Made by a program: the position numbers and the translations under genes. A stretch of DNA of 64,000 bases from Octopus vulgaris. Its lineage: Eukaryota. Shown here piece after piece: positions 1-14,872 of the stretch (the first letter of the stretch is position 1; every line of letters starts with the position of its first letter). The notes beneath the pieces were generated by a model that saw nothing but the letters and a program-made list of their open reading frames with translations, ran no database searches and was not told the origin of the DNA. The stretch lies in the NCBI GenBank assembly GCA_951406725.2, contig OX597821.1, positions 96,410,001 through 96,474,000 of the forward strand, written 5' to 3'.

Positions 1-772
1 GACAGACAGGCAGATAGATAAATAGATAGATAGAGTATACGTAAATTCAAGAAAAAAGTACTCAATCCAGTGAGTAATAAATATCTATTTAATACATAAC
101 CAAAAGAGCTACTAATAGATTGATGTTTTTATGATACTTTAACTAAGCATAATTTTTCATCTTCGCAGTTTGTCCAAGACGTCTGAGCGCTCAGTGAATC
201 CTTGTTCCTATGAAACCTCTAACCCACCTATCTTTTACATGTAGGCACATTGTCTCCTGTCCATTGTTTCCACACAGTTAAAGCAACTCTCTGTGCGTAT
301 CACCTACCATCACAAACGACGAGGCCACGATAGTGTTCATACTTCATCGTTGCCGATGCGCGTGAAACCGTAGCCAACACAGTTACCATAATAACTATAT
401 CTACTTTTTTTAAAAGTAAAGAAATATATATCTACTTTTTTAAAGTCTGTGACCTACACATGCTTCCAAAAACTTCCAGTGCGTGAAATTAATAACAGTG
501 CTAGAAGTATAGTGAGAAAAGCATTCAGTTTCCTTTTTCTTTCTTTCTTTCTTTCCTTTATTTACATATGGATACCTGCTTGTGTGTGTGTATGTGTTTG
601 TGTGTGTGTGTTTTCTGTGCGGACATAAATGTCGATAAATAATTATTTCATTTATTAAAACAATAAAACAATTATATAGGAAATTATGTTAATTATATAT
701 CTGTGTGTATGCATGTATATGTGCATCCGTTGAGAGATATGCCCATGTCTATACATACATGTCTATATATAC

Positions 773-947
773 ATTCATACATACATACATACATACATAC
801 ATGCATACATACATACATACATACATACATACATACATACATACATACATACATACATACATACATACATGCATACATACATACATACATACATACATAC
901 ATACATACATACATACATACATACATACATACATACATACATACATG

Positions 948-979
<32 letters not shown>

Positions 980-1003
980 CATACATACATACATACATAC
1001 ATA
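773..1003. repeat. (CATA)n tetranucleotide microsatellite
   Basis: Directly visible tandem CATA/TACA; explains the ORFs at 693-1217. Confidence 0.97.
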
Positions 1004-2070
1004 CACATATATTCACACAGACGCACACACACACAAACACAGAATTAGACAGAGATTTGTAAACATACAGACATATACATACACACACGCACATATATAC
1101 AGAGACACAGACACACACACACATGTATATGTTGGCGTATACACATGTTATTGCTTGTACACTTTTATAATTGTGTGTATGTATAGATGTGTGTGTGTGT
1201 TTATATTTGCGGAATAGAGGCTAACATCAGAAACCTTCTGCAAACATATCGACTGGTATGTCTTTGATGTTCTGAAGCAATTCTCATGGATCAGTGGGTT
1301 TGGAAAGCTAGAACAAATATTCGCTTCACCATTTTCACACACATACACACACACACACAAACAAACAAGCAAACATACGCACGAACACATACAGACAAAC
1401 ACAGACAAACACATACACATACACCTCTACCATAGAATATCCAAATTTTTTTTATTCCACTATTCCATCGTAACCAAGCTTTAATCCACCAATCCAGCAC
1501 TGCCACAATTCTGTCCACCATCGCAGTATAGTCACACACTTTACTCCAACCACCCATCACTCCACTTCACCTTTCTGAATCTGCCTTATCTGACTCAAAT
1601 TCTCCACCACTCTATTACGTCACTCCATCACTCCAGCGCTACAAGACCTTTCTCAACACTGCCTCTCTACATATCACCACTTTCTCTCTATCAGACTCCC
1701 CACTTAGTACAGCCTCATTTCACACTACCTCCCCCAACAGCAACGAAACCCCAATCACACTTGAAGTTGTCATATCAGCCTCATCACTCTCTGTATTCGC
1801 TTCTATATTCCAACTCTCTCAAACCGCCTTCACCAAGTCTTTACTATTATTCATTACTCTAGCGTTGTGTTATTTCATTCGTATCAGCCACATCCTTGCT
1901 TCGCTTGACTCCAACACTCCACTACACTCCAACTAACACCCTCTCCTTTGCACCTTCCCTTCTACTCTCCAACGCTAGCTCCAACTGTTTATGACGTTGT
2001 GTTATGTTCTTAACAACAATCAATTGATGGGATTGATTTGATCACTTGGTGGTCTACACTCTATTCACCA

Positions 2071-2072
<2 letters not shown>

Positions 2073-2107
<35 letters not shown>

Positions 2108-2138
2108 AATGTATGTATATATATATACATACACATAC

Positions 2139-2205
<67 letters not shown>

Positions 2206-2226
2206 CATATATACACACACATATAT

Positions 2227-2270
<44 letters not shown>

Positions 2271-2295
2271 ATATACATACACACACACACACAGA

Positions 2296-2337
<42 letters not shown>

Positions 2338-2545
2338 TATATATAAATACACATATATATATATACATATATATATATACATACACACATATACATATAT
2401 ATATATATATACGCACACACACATCTATATGCATATATATATAAACATGTATATATACATACACACACACACACACATATATATATATACACATACATAT
2501 ATATATATATGCTTGTATATATATATATATGCATACATACACACA
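2073..2545. repeat. (TA)n/(CA)n compound microsatellite
   Basis: Directly visible; explains the YIYI ORFs. Confidence 0.97.
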
Positions 2546-5500
2546 ACATAAACACATATACACAATCTGAATCTCTAACTTGTACACACACACAAACGCA
2601 CATATGTACATACACATCCATACGCAAATAAACACATATGCTCTGAAATAAAACTAATACACCAAACATAGTGCAAAGCGCACACATACATACACGCAGA
2701 TATATACAGAATCAAAGACAATTGCGAACGCACTCATCGTTGCCTGAAACATGAACATGCACACGCACACATATACACACATGCGCGCACACACACTTAT
2801 ACTCACGCATGCATCCAATCGTACAGAGATAAACATATAATCGAAATCTATCAGCCGTTTCAATAACAGCAAACTCAAGTATCAGAAACAACGTCCCATG
2901 CTCTATGGAAGAATATATCAGCTGCTTGTGAAACTGGATTAGTCCAATCTATTGGATAAATATTCCTCTCGAAATTCCTCGCCACTTCATTCAAAAGAAT
3001 GTGATTTGTGATTTATAAAGCGAAATATAGAATCGAAAGAAAACTTATGAGAATCTGAGTCGTGAACAAATATTCTAAGAAGAAGTGGAATTACCATTCT
3101 ATGGACAGAAACGTGAGAGCGTCGGATAAAAAGTTTGCGGCATTTATTCTAGCTCTTTGTATCCTGAGTTGAGGTTCCCTTAAGGTCGCATTTATTTTTC
3201 ATCGTCTCAGAATCAATAAAATAAAGTAGCAAACAATGTTGGAATCGTTTTCTTTCTCTACCGTTCTATCCTATCTTTGCTTCTCTGTCTATTTGTCTCT
3301 CCGACTATTTGTCTATCTATCAGTCTCTCCGCCTATTTGTCTCTATTTGTCTGCTTGGCTTCCAATGTGTCTGTCTGTGTGTCTGTCTGCCCCCCCTCTC
3401 ACACAGGCATACACACAAGCTCATGTCTCTCTGGTGATTGTCATATACATGACAATGCCAGCCTCTCAAAAATGCTCTATAATATAAGAGATTTGAGTTC
3501 TTTTCATTAAAATTAATTAGCAAACCAATAAAAAAAACTACAGAAAACGTTTGCAATCTGGAAGCATACATCAACTAACAGACCGATTCGCAATGCATCA
3601 TAGGGTGAATTGCAGTGAGAAAAAAGAAACTCGACTTATCGGACATCTTTTCTTCGTATCACCTCTATGTATTTAAACTACTGCACCTCCTTTGTTTATC
3701 AATAATTCTTTCTTCGAATGGTGGCTCTCAAAGCAATTAAAGTCATAAATAACTGTGTAAATATCGAGTTAAAACCCCTTCGGATCGAAAAAATTCGAAG
3801 GTTGCTCGTGTGACATGAACTCACATCTGTTAACATTACAATTAATCATGCTTCATATTAGCAGGGTCGATAAAATATCCACCAGGCAAATCCGCTAACC
3901 CATCCTCGAAAATCTATATCCTCGTGCCAAGGAGAGAAACAAAATAGGACTTCATGAAGCCCTGAATCTACCCTCATATTGTCCCTCTAGTAGCTCAGCA
4001 GCAGGACTAAAAACACTCTAGAATATTCTCGAGTAAAGGCCACAAGAGTCAATGTGAAAGTATCCATGAAATCTCTTGCTTTATTCGATATGGCAGTGTA
4101 ATCTAATACAATCCTTGCAAACATTTAATGCCTGACCAAATGGACGATTGGAAAAGCTCCTATTTAGTATCTGAGCCTGTATGATATTACATTTAAAAAC
4201 CATACCCCCAACATTTAAAAACCATACTCTAACACTATTAAAGTAAACACTAATCAGAGAGAGGGAGGAGAGAGAAGCGCGGTAGGGAGGCCGTTAATTT
4301 CTGTTTAGTAACTTTCCTAGCTCAATATCACCGCTACACACTCACAGCTAAAACAGCCTAATATTACCAAAGTAAGTTCCAAAGTGAACAGGAAAAGAAC
4401 CATTTTTTGTTTAGACACTAACGCATTCAAGGTGACAACCAAATCTTTAAACCTATTTATTGTGTATCATTATTTATTATTATTTTTTAATAGTGAGGAT
4501 CACTATATATAAGTTCGAAAACATATAAAAGATAAAATACTAAACTATAATAACGAGGTAAAAAAAAAAATTAGTGTTGATAGAAGCTATGTTTATATTG
4601 GAAACCATTTACGTCCACAGCTTAAAAATCGATTTCTCCTAGAAGGTAAAGCTATACTGAAATATATGAAATCTGTCTCGGATAATAATGGACTTTTTAC
4701 AACGCTATATCATTGAAGGCATTTTTTAATATTCGAAGCTGTTACTAGTAAAATGCATATCAGGTTTTGAGCTAAGAGGTAAATTAGTGTTAACATAGAA
4801 CACTAAAACACTAAAAATTAATAAAACAGGCCAAAGGATGTGTTTGCTTTTTGCTGACCTCATCAGCGAAATATAGTCTCCATCGTAGTCGTATAATTAG
4901 AATTGCAAAATCATTAAGTAAATGTATAAAATGGTATATTGGTAAGCGGAAAAAAATGTAAAATTGTTTAGAACATAAATTGGTTTTAGGAAATTTGATT
5001 AACGAACCGAAGATAAAAATATCAAAATGGCAAATAGTCATTTTTACAAAAACGAGTGATTATATATATATATATAATCACGAGTGATATATATATATAT
5101 ATATAAGAAGCAATATAATAACCAAAAGCCATGTGAACAAGTGAATATGATAAATAAAATATACGCTCAGTGAACCGAAGAAAAATAGAAACCGTAAAAG
5201 CAAGAAATAATGGTTCTTAATAAATAAGTTTTAAAAAGTAAAACAACAAAAACAAAAGATATAAAGAAGAAAATAGAATTTTGTAAATCCTTAAACGCTT
5301 CCAACAAAGCAAAGTATCGTGATAAAACAACATTAGAAACTAACCAATTAAACAAATAATTCCAGACGACGCTCTAATAAATAAATACATAGCAAAAAGA
5401 ACACCCAGAGAGACCAACGGACACAGACGAGAGTCTTAAACAAAATATCATATCCAAACCAGGGAATATAAAAATAACAGAAATATCGAATTATAGTAGT

Positions 5501-6282
5501 TCTCGTCTGATGGTCACTGTGGCATAAGACTCGAGTAGTGAGAAAAGTATTACGATTAAAGAAACTATATATATATGGCTTTAATCGTGTGTTTAACGAT
5601 GTGTGCCTGATTCCTGGAACGAGCTGCTTGTTGCATTCTGCAGCCAGTCAATTTATTTTATGCAGCTCCCGTGTACTCAGCTGAAAAGAAGTACCAGTCG
5701 AGTGCTGTTGCATGTCTTTCTTTCTCTCACTGTTATATCTTCGATGTTCTTTTATGTTGATGTTAGGAGTGCAAATATGGTGTTTCTGTCTGCTCCCGAC
5801 TTCAGATGCATCTACAACAATACTTGTGGGTTACGTTTGTGGTTACACACATGACGGAAGTCAACTCATGATCAAGTAGGACAACTTCCAAAACTCATTA
5901 AGTCCGTACAAACATTCCGAAAGTTCACGATGTGGGAATTTGCTTTGAGTGGATAAAGTCTTTCATAGCACAGAATTCGCTTTTTGGCGGAATAATTTAT
6001 AAAACCAGTGGCACAGCAGAGGTGGAGACGACTAGAAACTCACTGCACTGCAGTTTACGAGTACGTTCTCCTAGTAGAAAGTTCCAACGGGAACTAGGGG
6101 CCTTTCTCTACCAATGGTTCACATGGTAGTTGACATATAGCCTGGACTTTAACAGTGATACTACTCCATATCAGAGTACACCGGGCAATATAGTGGTTGA
6201 AAGGTTATACCACACTCCCCCATACCCTGGGACTCTCGTACCAAGGTTTCACTACCACATGCAGTTTAAAGTTTTACCCAGG

Positions 6283-6321
<39 letters not shown>

Positions 6322-6323
6322 TA

Positions 6324-6699
<376 letters not shown>

Positions 6700-6727
6700 T
6701 ATATATATAACATACACACACATATAA

Positions 6728-6758
<31 letters not shown>

Positions 6759-7177
6759 GTGAAAGGAAGAGCGAGAAAAGACGTAAATCACTTGACGTAG
6801 ACACCGATTATACATATTAAAGTAAAATACCAACCCTATAGTTATTTTTATCACCGATCACAAATTCACCTCGAACATTTAAAATAAAATGTAAGGTGTT
6901 GATATCAACGGACGACAAACTTTAAAAGAGAGGTATACGGTTTATGTGTAGAATGGTATAAATACAATCGGAAAAGAATGAATGCAGATAACTTTTGTTG
7001 GTAAATCTAAATAGTATTAGAAAAGAACTTGCAACAATGGACTGTTATATTGACAACAGAAATATTCCGATAGAATAACGATATTTCTTGCGTTTAAATG
7101 CTATTTAAAAGAATATGCTAGCATAATTTCAAATCAAGAAATGAGGAAGGAAATTCCAAATCGGATTGATAATATAT

Positions 7178-7835
7178 TGGTTTCAAATTTGGCAAAATCC
7201 CAGCAATTTCGGAAGAGAGGGTAAGTGGATCACATCGGTTTCGGTGCCCAACTGATACTTTGTTTATCGACCCCAAAAAGATGAAAGGCAAAGTCGACCT
7301 TGGTGGAATTTGAATGCTGGACGTGAAGAAGGTCGAAATGGTGGATAGTATTTTGCTCGGCGTACTAGCGATTCTGCTAGCTCGCCGCCTTACGAAGGAC
7401 TGTTATATTGATTTCTAATTTTGGCACAAGGCCAGCAACTTTAAGGAAGGGTGTAAATCGAGTACATTGGCCCCAGTGTTCAACTACTATTTATTTTATC
7501 GAGCTCCAAAGGATGGAAGGTTACGTCGACTTCGGTAGAATTTGGGCTCAAAACTTGAAGGCGGACTAAATACTGCTAGAATTTTGCCCGGCGTGCTAAA
7601 GATTCTAGCAGCTCGCCATCTTAATCGGATTGATAATATATACTTTTCTACTCTAGGCACAAGGCCGGAATGTTGGGGGAGGGGGACCAGTAGATTAGAT
7701 CGACCCCACTACGCAACTGGTACTTAATTTATCGACTCCGAAAGGATGAATGGTAAAGTCGACCGCGGCGGAATTTGAACTCAGAACGTAAAGACAAACG
7801 AAATACCGCTAAGCATTTCGCCAGCTCTCCGCCTT
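7178..7835 (-). mobile_element. Three adjacent SINE family B copies
   Basis: Three units containing gatgaaaggcaaagtcgacc...gctcgccgcctt-type sequence (about 7178-7392, 7412-7622, 7642-7835), separated by repeated target-like 15-mers. Confidence 0.88.
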
Positions 7836-8699
7836 GGATTGATAATATATTGAAATATAAAGATGATTGGGGTGAATACACTCTTAAAAATAAAAACTGG
7901 CAAAGCCTATTAAAATACATATTACATATATTCAGGGTTTTTTTTTGCTTTTTTGGTGGGGATATGAATTCATGTTTCTAACACTCCGTTATTTAAAATT
8001 AAATGTGTGATGTTTTTATCATTGGACGGAATTTACTTTCATGATTAATGTAAGAACTCATTTTTGTAAATTGATTTAAAACATCATTTTTACAACTAAT
8101 TTCAATGATTCGAGAATTCTTTGGCTGCATTCGTATCTTTCCAGATCTTCTTTTTGACTTTAATAAGTTTGTATACAATCAGTATCACTCCTTTACAATG
8201 CTCTCTTTCTGTCTTCTGCTGTTGTGCTGTTGTCAATAAAATATTTTAAACATGGGACTGTCAGAAACAGGTTTACAAAACAAAAAATAAATGTAAAAAT
8301 AAATGAAATGAAATAAAATGAAATAAATAAAAATAAATAAAAGTCTTCGTTATGCATGCAACTTATTTATTTCTATCTTTAATATAACAACCCATTTCTA
8401 TAAGTAATTTTTCAATACATTTACAATTAATTTCAAATATTCTTGTAATTTATTTTACAACCAGAAAAATATTAAATATTTTATTAGCATTTCGGCTTCA
8501 TTCGTATATTTCCGTGTTCCCCCCACCCCGATTTTATAAACAATTTCGGTCTGTATATAATTAGTATTCCTCTATCTGATTTTCTATTTTTTGTCTTCCA
8601 CTTATGACAGCAGCACACTATTTATTACACAGTCCACACCACTTAGCTTTATGGAATATCCATGAAATGGTCTTGTTATAACTAGTCTTCTATCTAAGC

Positions 8700-9500
8700 G
8701 AAAATTTAGCTCTTTCCTCATACCGCTGTTTTCAGACAGATAAGAAACCGCCGGAGTTCAATTCGACAACAATAGAAGGAGCATTGTCAAGGCTTGTGAC
8801 CTTGATGGTTTTGATCGACCGCAGATGCTTTACCCTTTAACATGAATGCGCGCAGTGGATAGACCTGGAGGACATTTATCTAGAGTGTACAGTGTGAACT
8901 TGGGTAAAAAACGGACAACCAATGTGATAGTTTCCTCTACAGAATTACTGTTTAGAGAACAAGTATATATGAGAAGTGGCGGGAAGAAGGATACCGCAAA
9001 GTTGGTAGAAGTTCTTTTGACTAGGAACCAAAAGAGTTGTCTGTAGTTTGGGCATCAAGCGAATTTGATGACTGTGTGATACATGAGGCATCTTTCGCGT
9101 TTTTTCTGGCAGGAGTTACAGTGATAGTTAAAAATCTTCGTTGTAGGGTTTAATAATTCTTTGCCAAGTATTATATGCTGTGTCTTTTGCCTTTACTACG
9201 GCAGCACAACATTTGCTCATTTGAGGACTTGGGGCTATGGGGTTTTATTGTCTGGGAGATGAGGAAATACATGGCTAAGAAGACAGTTGTAATCCCCTAC
9301 TTAGCTGCCTCTGATAGGTGTGGCTTAAAGTGCCATAAAATCTGGTATGCAGAGTGGATATTTTGGAGTTTGTAGATGGTATGGTTAGTAGTCGTGAAAA
9401 TACAATGTCTGAACGGTCTGACAGTTCCACAAACCGTCAAATAAGTGTTGTTTAAGAATGATGAACGAAACACCCATGCTCCCAGGCGTGAATTATTGAA
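8700..9500 (-). pseudogene. Highly decayed CR1/Jockey-like LINE fragment (start of RT region)
   Basis: Manual minus-strand translation LRSIKTIKVTSLDNAPSIV...SGGFLSV*K resembles the K-A-x-G-P-D-x-I-P...G-x-F-P-x-x-W-K pre-RT motif; boundaries are approximate. Confidence 0.4.
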
Positions 9501-9734
9501 ACTGCAAAGAATCATTCTCAATACATAGCTTTAATGCTTTCCAACTACCCCTGCTCATGATCAGAGATGCACATATCATCATCCATGTTATTGAGCAGAA
9601 TATATTTGGAGTAGCCCATCTTATATACCAAGACAGAATATGTACATGATGATACTTCCAGTTAGTTAGATCAGAAGCTACTGAGAGCCACTGCCTAGTT
9701 GTGTATCAGGGTTTTTATTATTATTGTTGTTATT

Positions 9735-10064
9735 GATTTTGCTTTTCATCCTTTCAGGTCAATTAAATAAATACCACTCAAGCATAGGGCCAAGGTAATC
9801 GACTGCTCCTCCTCCAAAATTACAGCTCTTGTGCCTATAGTAAAGATGATTATTTTTATAGTGAAGGTAGCGAGTTGGCAGAACAGTTATCACGTCGGGC
9901 AAAATGCTTATCGGCATTTCGTCAGTCGTTACGCTCTGAGTTCAAATTCAGCCGAGGTCGATTTGGCCTTTCAACCTTTCAGGGTCGATGAAATACAATG
10001 TCTGAACGGTCTGATAATTGCGGAACACTCCCCCAAATTTCAGACCTTGTGCCCATAGTAGAGA
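9735..10064 (+). mobile_element. Two degraded SINE family B copies
   Basis: ttttcatcctttcaggtc...; gagttcaaattcagccgaggtcgatttggcctttcaacctttc. Confidence 0.8.
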
Positions 10065-10066
10065 AG

Positions 10067-10312
<246 letters not shown>

Positions 10313-11249
10313 CCTACTACATCCCAGTCTAGTGTCAGATTAAAGGCTTTGCCGTTTTAAACATGAACTCATAAAAAATACGTTAATGATATAAACACCC
10401 TGACCATCTCGGTTTTACTTACTGACTAAACTAAATATGGAGTTAACAGATTTAAAGCGGAAGATTTTTACAACGACTAACGGCGTGTCTTAGTTACTCT
10501 AAGGAAACTGATTTAGATATGAACGCAGGGAAGAGAGGCTTGTTATACATAGAGAACAAATTACAAATCAGCAGCCACGGGTATAGAAAATATTTGAAAC
10601 TAAAAGAGAAACGGATGAGTGCAATAAGAGAACATAAGGAAAACAACGCCGATGAAAACGGAGGTAAACATGAAACATGCTTTCTGCATGAGGAAAATGT
10701 AAGTACTATATAAAAGCTAACCGCGACTATGAAAATGCTTTAGATAGAAATTAGACAGCAGAAAAGGTAAAAACAAAAGTCTAAAGTAGAATGTAATTTT
10801 ACGCGGAGAGAATGGGGAGAAAATTAATTTCCTTGCCACTACCCTGCAATATCCAAGAGTGAGGAAGTAGGTCAATGGAAAATTAGCAATGACTCAAACC
10901 TCTGGATTAAAAACAAAATTAGGCCTAATTTTAGCTGCACGGGATTAGTGTTTTGCCACAAAAATGTATGAGCGAATAATGAAAGATGAAGCCCGGATCG
11001 CGACTAGGTTGTACAATGCATGTCATGGAACAGTTTATGGAATCAGATCTGGCTGCCTAGTACATGCAATCCAAATACAAATCTAATTGAATAAGGTACT
11101 ATATGCCAACAATTCGACGTGAAAAACTGATATTTGGTAACACAAATAAATATTAAACATGTTTTATGACAATTATTTGTTTACAATAATCTGGAACATA
11201 CCATTACACGCCAAACATTGGGTTACAACAAACCATCTAGAAATAATTA

Positions 11250-11489
11250 TCAAATCAGCGACGAGAATGCAATGAGGTTTTGCCCTATTGAATCGTCTAT
11301 AATACACGACTGACTGGAATTATACATTTTGTTACGTGGGTGAATGAGTGTCAAAATCAACACAGATGGAAATTGATCTCGAGAATACGTAGGGTTGAAC
11401 ATAAATTTTGCAAGGGCGGGATTCAAAGCGGGGAGAATATTATGTTGAACCAGATGTTGTTTTGAGTTGGTAAATTTAATTGTTGCCAA
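11250..11489 (-). pseudogene. Decayed non-LTR reverse transcriptase fragment (CR1/Jockey-like)
   Basis: The ORF contains LPALNPALAKFMFNPTYSRDQFPSVLILTLIHPRNK, similar to the L..PL..LFN.S...G.FP..WK.A.V.PI.K RT entry motif. Confidence 0.45.
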
Positions 11490-12342
11490 TTAGACAAGGT
11501 CACCGTATAGAAGGGCAATTGAGTCTCACACTGATAGACAATAGGATCCAATCTGTTGTAAGTGTTCCTTTATGTTTTTAGGTCAGAACATTTTATTTTT
11601 CACTTGTATCAATCTACCAAACAGCCGGCAGGGAAAAGCCATAAAAATCTAAATGAAGGACTAGCAGCTCTTAAAAATTACCGATACCTATTACAGTTGA
11701 GGGCAGTGGATTGAAAGAATCAGTAGGGCATCAGATTAAGTTCTATGCGGTATTTGTGTCACTTTATGTTCTGAGTGCAAACCCTGCTCAAGTTGACAGT
11801 CGTGAAATCGATAACATAAAGTACCAGTCAACTACAATGTCGATTTCATAGACTAAAACTGCCTCTAAAATTTGTCGGTTTGTAACTATGTAAAAAATCG
11901 ATATCACATTTTTTACAATCAACTGGGTAGTCATTTTATTGATTACATTTAATTATTTGTTTATGTGATTCATCATGTTGTGTGTGCAATAGCTACATTG
12001 ACCCAGATATGTTAGAAGTATTTTAATCTGGGCTGTTATGTGCGGGTGTGAGAGCTTGTGTGTATTTGTGTGTTTGCGTGAAAGTGTGCGCCCGATTACG
12101 TGTAGCAGCACCACTGATCCAGATATGATAGACCTCTAATTTAGGCCACACTTGTGCTTTATCAGTAATTATTCAGAGCTACTGAAGTATTAACCATTTG
12201 ACCCTGAAGAGGAAGCTTACCTCAGCCTAAACTAGCTTAATCTCTCCTCGCGTACTTTTTATTTTTACTTATAACATTTTTCACTGGTCCACAAGACGGT
12301 TTAATATTACTTATAAAAGAATACTTTGAAATGAAAATGATA

Positions 12343-12768
12343 TACTCTTTACTCTTTTACTCTTTTACTTGTTTCAGTCATTTGACTGCGGCCATGCTGG
12401 AGCACCGCATTTAGTCGAGCAAATCGACCCCGGGACTTATTCTTTGTAAGCCCAGTACTTATTCTATCGGTCTCTTTTGCCGAACCGCTAAGTGACGGGG
12501 ACGTAAACACACCAGCATTGGTTGTCAAGCAATGCTAGGGGGACAAACACAGATACACAAACACATACACACACATACATATATATATATATATACATAT
12601 ATACGACAGGCTTCTTTCAGTTTCCGTCTACCAAATCCACTCACAAGGCACTGGTCGGCCCGGGGCTATAGCAGAAGACACTTGCCCAAGATGCCACGCA
12701 GTGGGACTGAACCCGGAACCATGTGGTTGGTAAGCAAGCTACTTACCACACAGCCACTCCTGCGTCTA
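12343..12768 (-). mobile_element. SINE family A, full length
   Basis: tRNA-like head (tggctgtgtggtaa; ggttcagtccc), CORE-like cttgggcaagtgtctt, internal microsatellite and (GTAAAAGA)n tail; near-identical to 15122-15546. Confidence 0.93.
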
Positions 12769-13287
12769 TTCATAGAAACATTACAATATTTTCTCAAGAT
12801 TCAAATGTTTGAGAAATATATACAAATTCATCATGCAATTTTCAGAACAACAGTGGAATTTTCACGGGTACTGCTACTAGTTATTATCCCAGAAGTTCTT
12901 TCATAGCAATATTCACAATAAAATTGGGTATCATAAAGATTTCCTTGTTTTCTATGTATAGTAAGACGGTTTCCCTTTATCGTCTTCCTTTATAAAAAAG
13001 CACAAACTAACAACTGTCTAATCCATTCTTTCTTACTCGTTCCCCGTTTGCCATTCCTGACATTATTATAAATTCTCATCATTTCACTCCCTACCATTTT
13101 ACTTCTCCTGCTGTTACTTATGCTCTCTCGTCTTCCCAGTTGCTTGCTTCCTACTTCTACCCTCACATTGCTAAATATTGTTAATTATCATCATCATCAC
13201 AACCATATTATTGATATCATCATTGTCGTCGGCGTGATCATCTTCATCAGCTATGTTTAGAAAGTAAAAAAAAAAACAACTTAATTT

Positions 13288-13452
13288 TATTATTATTATT
13301 CTATATTTGACTTTTGCTTTATGTCAGTACAAGTTGGCGCCAAGTCTCACCCAGAGACCTCAAGAGACAACAGGTTGGAAGTTCACGTTGTTGTTATGCC
13401 TAGTGTGACATATATTTGGGGTTTTTTTTGGTGTTGTACTAGTGAATGTCTA
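13288..13452 (-). mobile_element. Probable 3' UTR remnant of a (TAA)n-targeting LINE
   Basis: Unique island of about 150 bp between (TTA)n tracts, ending on the minus strand in an A-rich segment plus (TAA)n, like 57640-57846. Confidence 0.4.
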
Positions 13453-13478
13453 ATACTATTATTATTATTATTATTATT

Positions 13479-13508
<30 letters not shown>

Positions 13509-13511
<3 letters not shown>

Positions 13512-14110
13512 CTGAGTTCAAATTCTGCCGAATTCGACTTTGCCTTTCATCCTTTCAGGGTCGATTAAATAAGTACCAGTTACGCACTCGGGTCGATACA
13601 ATCGACTTAATCTGTTTGTCTGTCTCTGTGTTTAGCCCCTTGTGGGTAGTAAAGAAATAGGTATTTCGTCTGTCTTTATGTTCTGAGTTCAAATTCCGCC
13701 GAGGTCGACTTTGCCTTTCATCTTTTCAGGGTCGATATAATCGACTTAATCCGTTTGTCTGTCCTTGTTTGTCCTCTCTTTGTTTAGCCCCTTGTGAGTA
13801 GTAAAGAAATAGGTATTTCAACTGTCTTTACGTTCTGAGTTCAAATTCCGCCGAGGTCGAATTTGCCTTTCATCTTTTCAGGGTCGATACAATCAACTTA
13901 ATCCTTTTGTCTGTCCTTGTTTCTCCTCTCTGTGTTTAGCCTCTTGTGTGTAGTAAAATAAATAGGTATTTCGTGTGTCTTTACGTTCTGAGTTCAAATT
14001 CCGCCGAGTTCGAATTTGCCTTTCATCCTTTCGCAGTCGATAAAATAAGTACCAGTCAATTGACTTCCACTGGCCCTCAAAAACTACTGGCCCTGTGCCA
14101 AAATATGAAG
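13509..14110 (+). mobile_element. Head-to-tail tandem array of four SINE family B internal units
   Basis: Units start gttctgagttcaaattc at about 13509, 13680, 13832 and 13985, joined via gaaataggtatttc. Confidence 0.9.
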
Positions 14111-14482
14111 CCGTTATTATTATTTCCTTTTTTGCAGCAGCTGCATACGAGTTTCTCCTGCTTCACTAGGTATACTTCCGTTTTGCCTCAGCTGTATGCG
14201 GCATTATATTTTGGAACATAGAATTGTTAGTTTAGCTTTGTTATAAAGTATGCTTTTGTTTGCTATTTGAAGTTTAGATTCTACCAAGGTCAATATTTCT
14301 CATTTTAATCACTCCGAGATCAATAAAATAAAGTACCTGTCAAATTCCGTATAGGCTGGGGATGAGGGTCAATATAATCGACTGTTCTCTTCACTCTACC
14401 ATTCCTGACCTTGTGTCTCTGTTCGAAAATATTTTATCTTCCATGCTAGTTTTTTCCATAAAGTATGATACGCTGTGTCCTT

Positions 14483-14573
<91 letters not shown>

Positions 14574-14800
14574 GGAGGATGAGAGAAAGAGCAAAATATA
14601 ATGATCACTAAATCCAATGAACAGGTGAAGTTGATGATAAGGATTAACCTTCTTAATAATAATAATCACGTATCACTTATCTCTGTCTCTATCATTCTAT
14701 CTCGCTTGTCTCTGTTTCTCCCAACTTTCCAGGCTTAATCTGTCTTGCCATGTCTCTCTCTCTCTCTCTCTCTCTCTGTCTGTCTCTGTCTCTGTCTCTG

Positions 14801-14833
<33 letters not shown>

Positions 14834-14834
14834 G

Positions 14835-14872
<38 letters not shown>

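Noticed and set aside
693-2687. Long ORFs rich in YVCM, YI and HT repeats
   Set aside because: Translations of CATA, TA and CA microsatellites in all frames; no coding signal.
10519-10713. Possible host exon ending at gtaagt
   Set aside because: No convincing splice acceptor or protein motif; needs RNA-seq.
12200-12245. Hammerhead-like ctgaagagg...cctaaac
   Set aside because: GAAA is altered and stems I and III do not pair.
13509-14110. CRISPR-like regularly spaced repeats
   Set aside because: The units are whole SINE segments with no unique spacers, there are no cas genes, and the context is eukaryotic.
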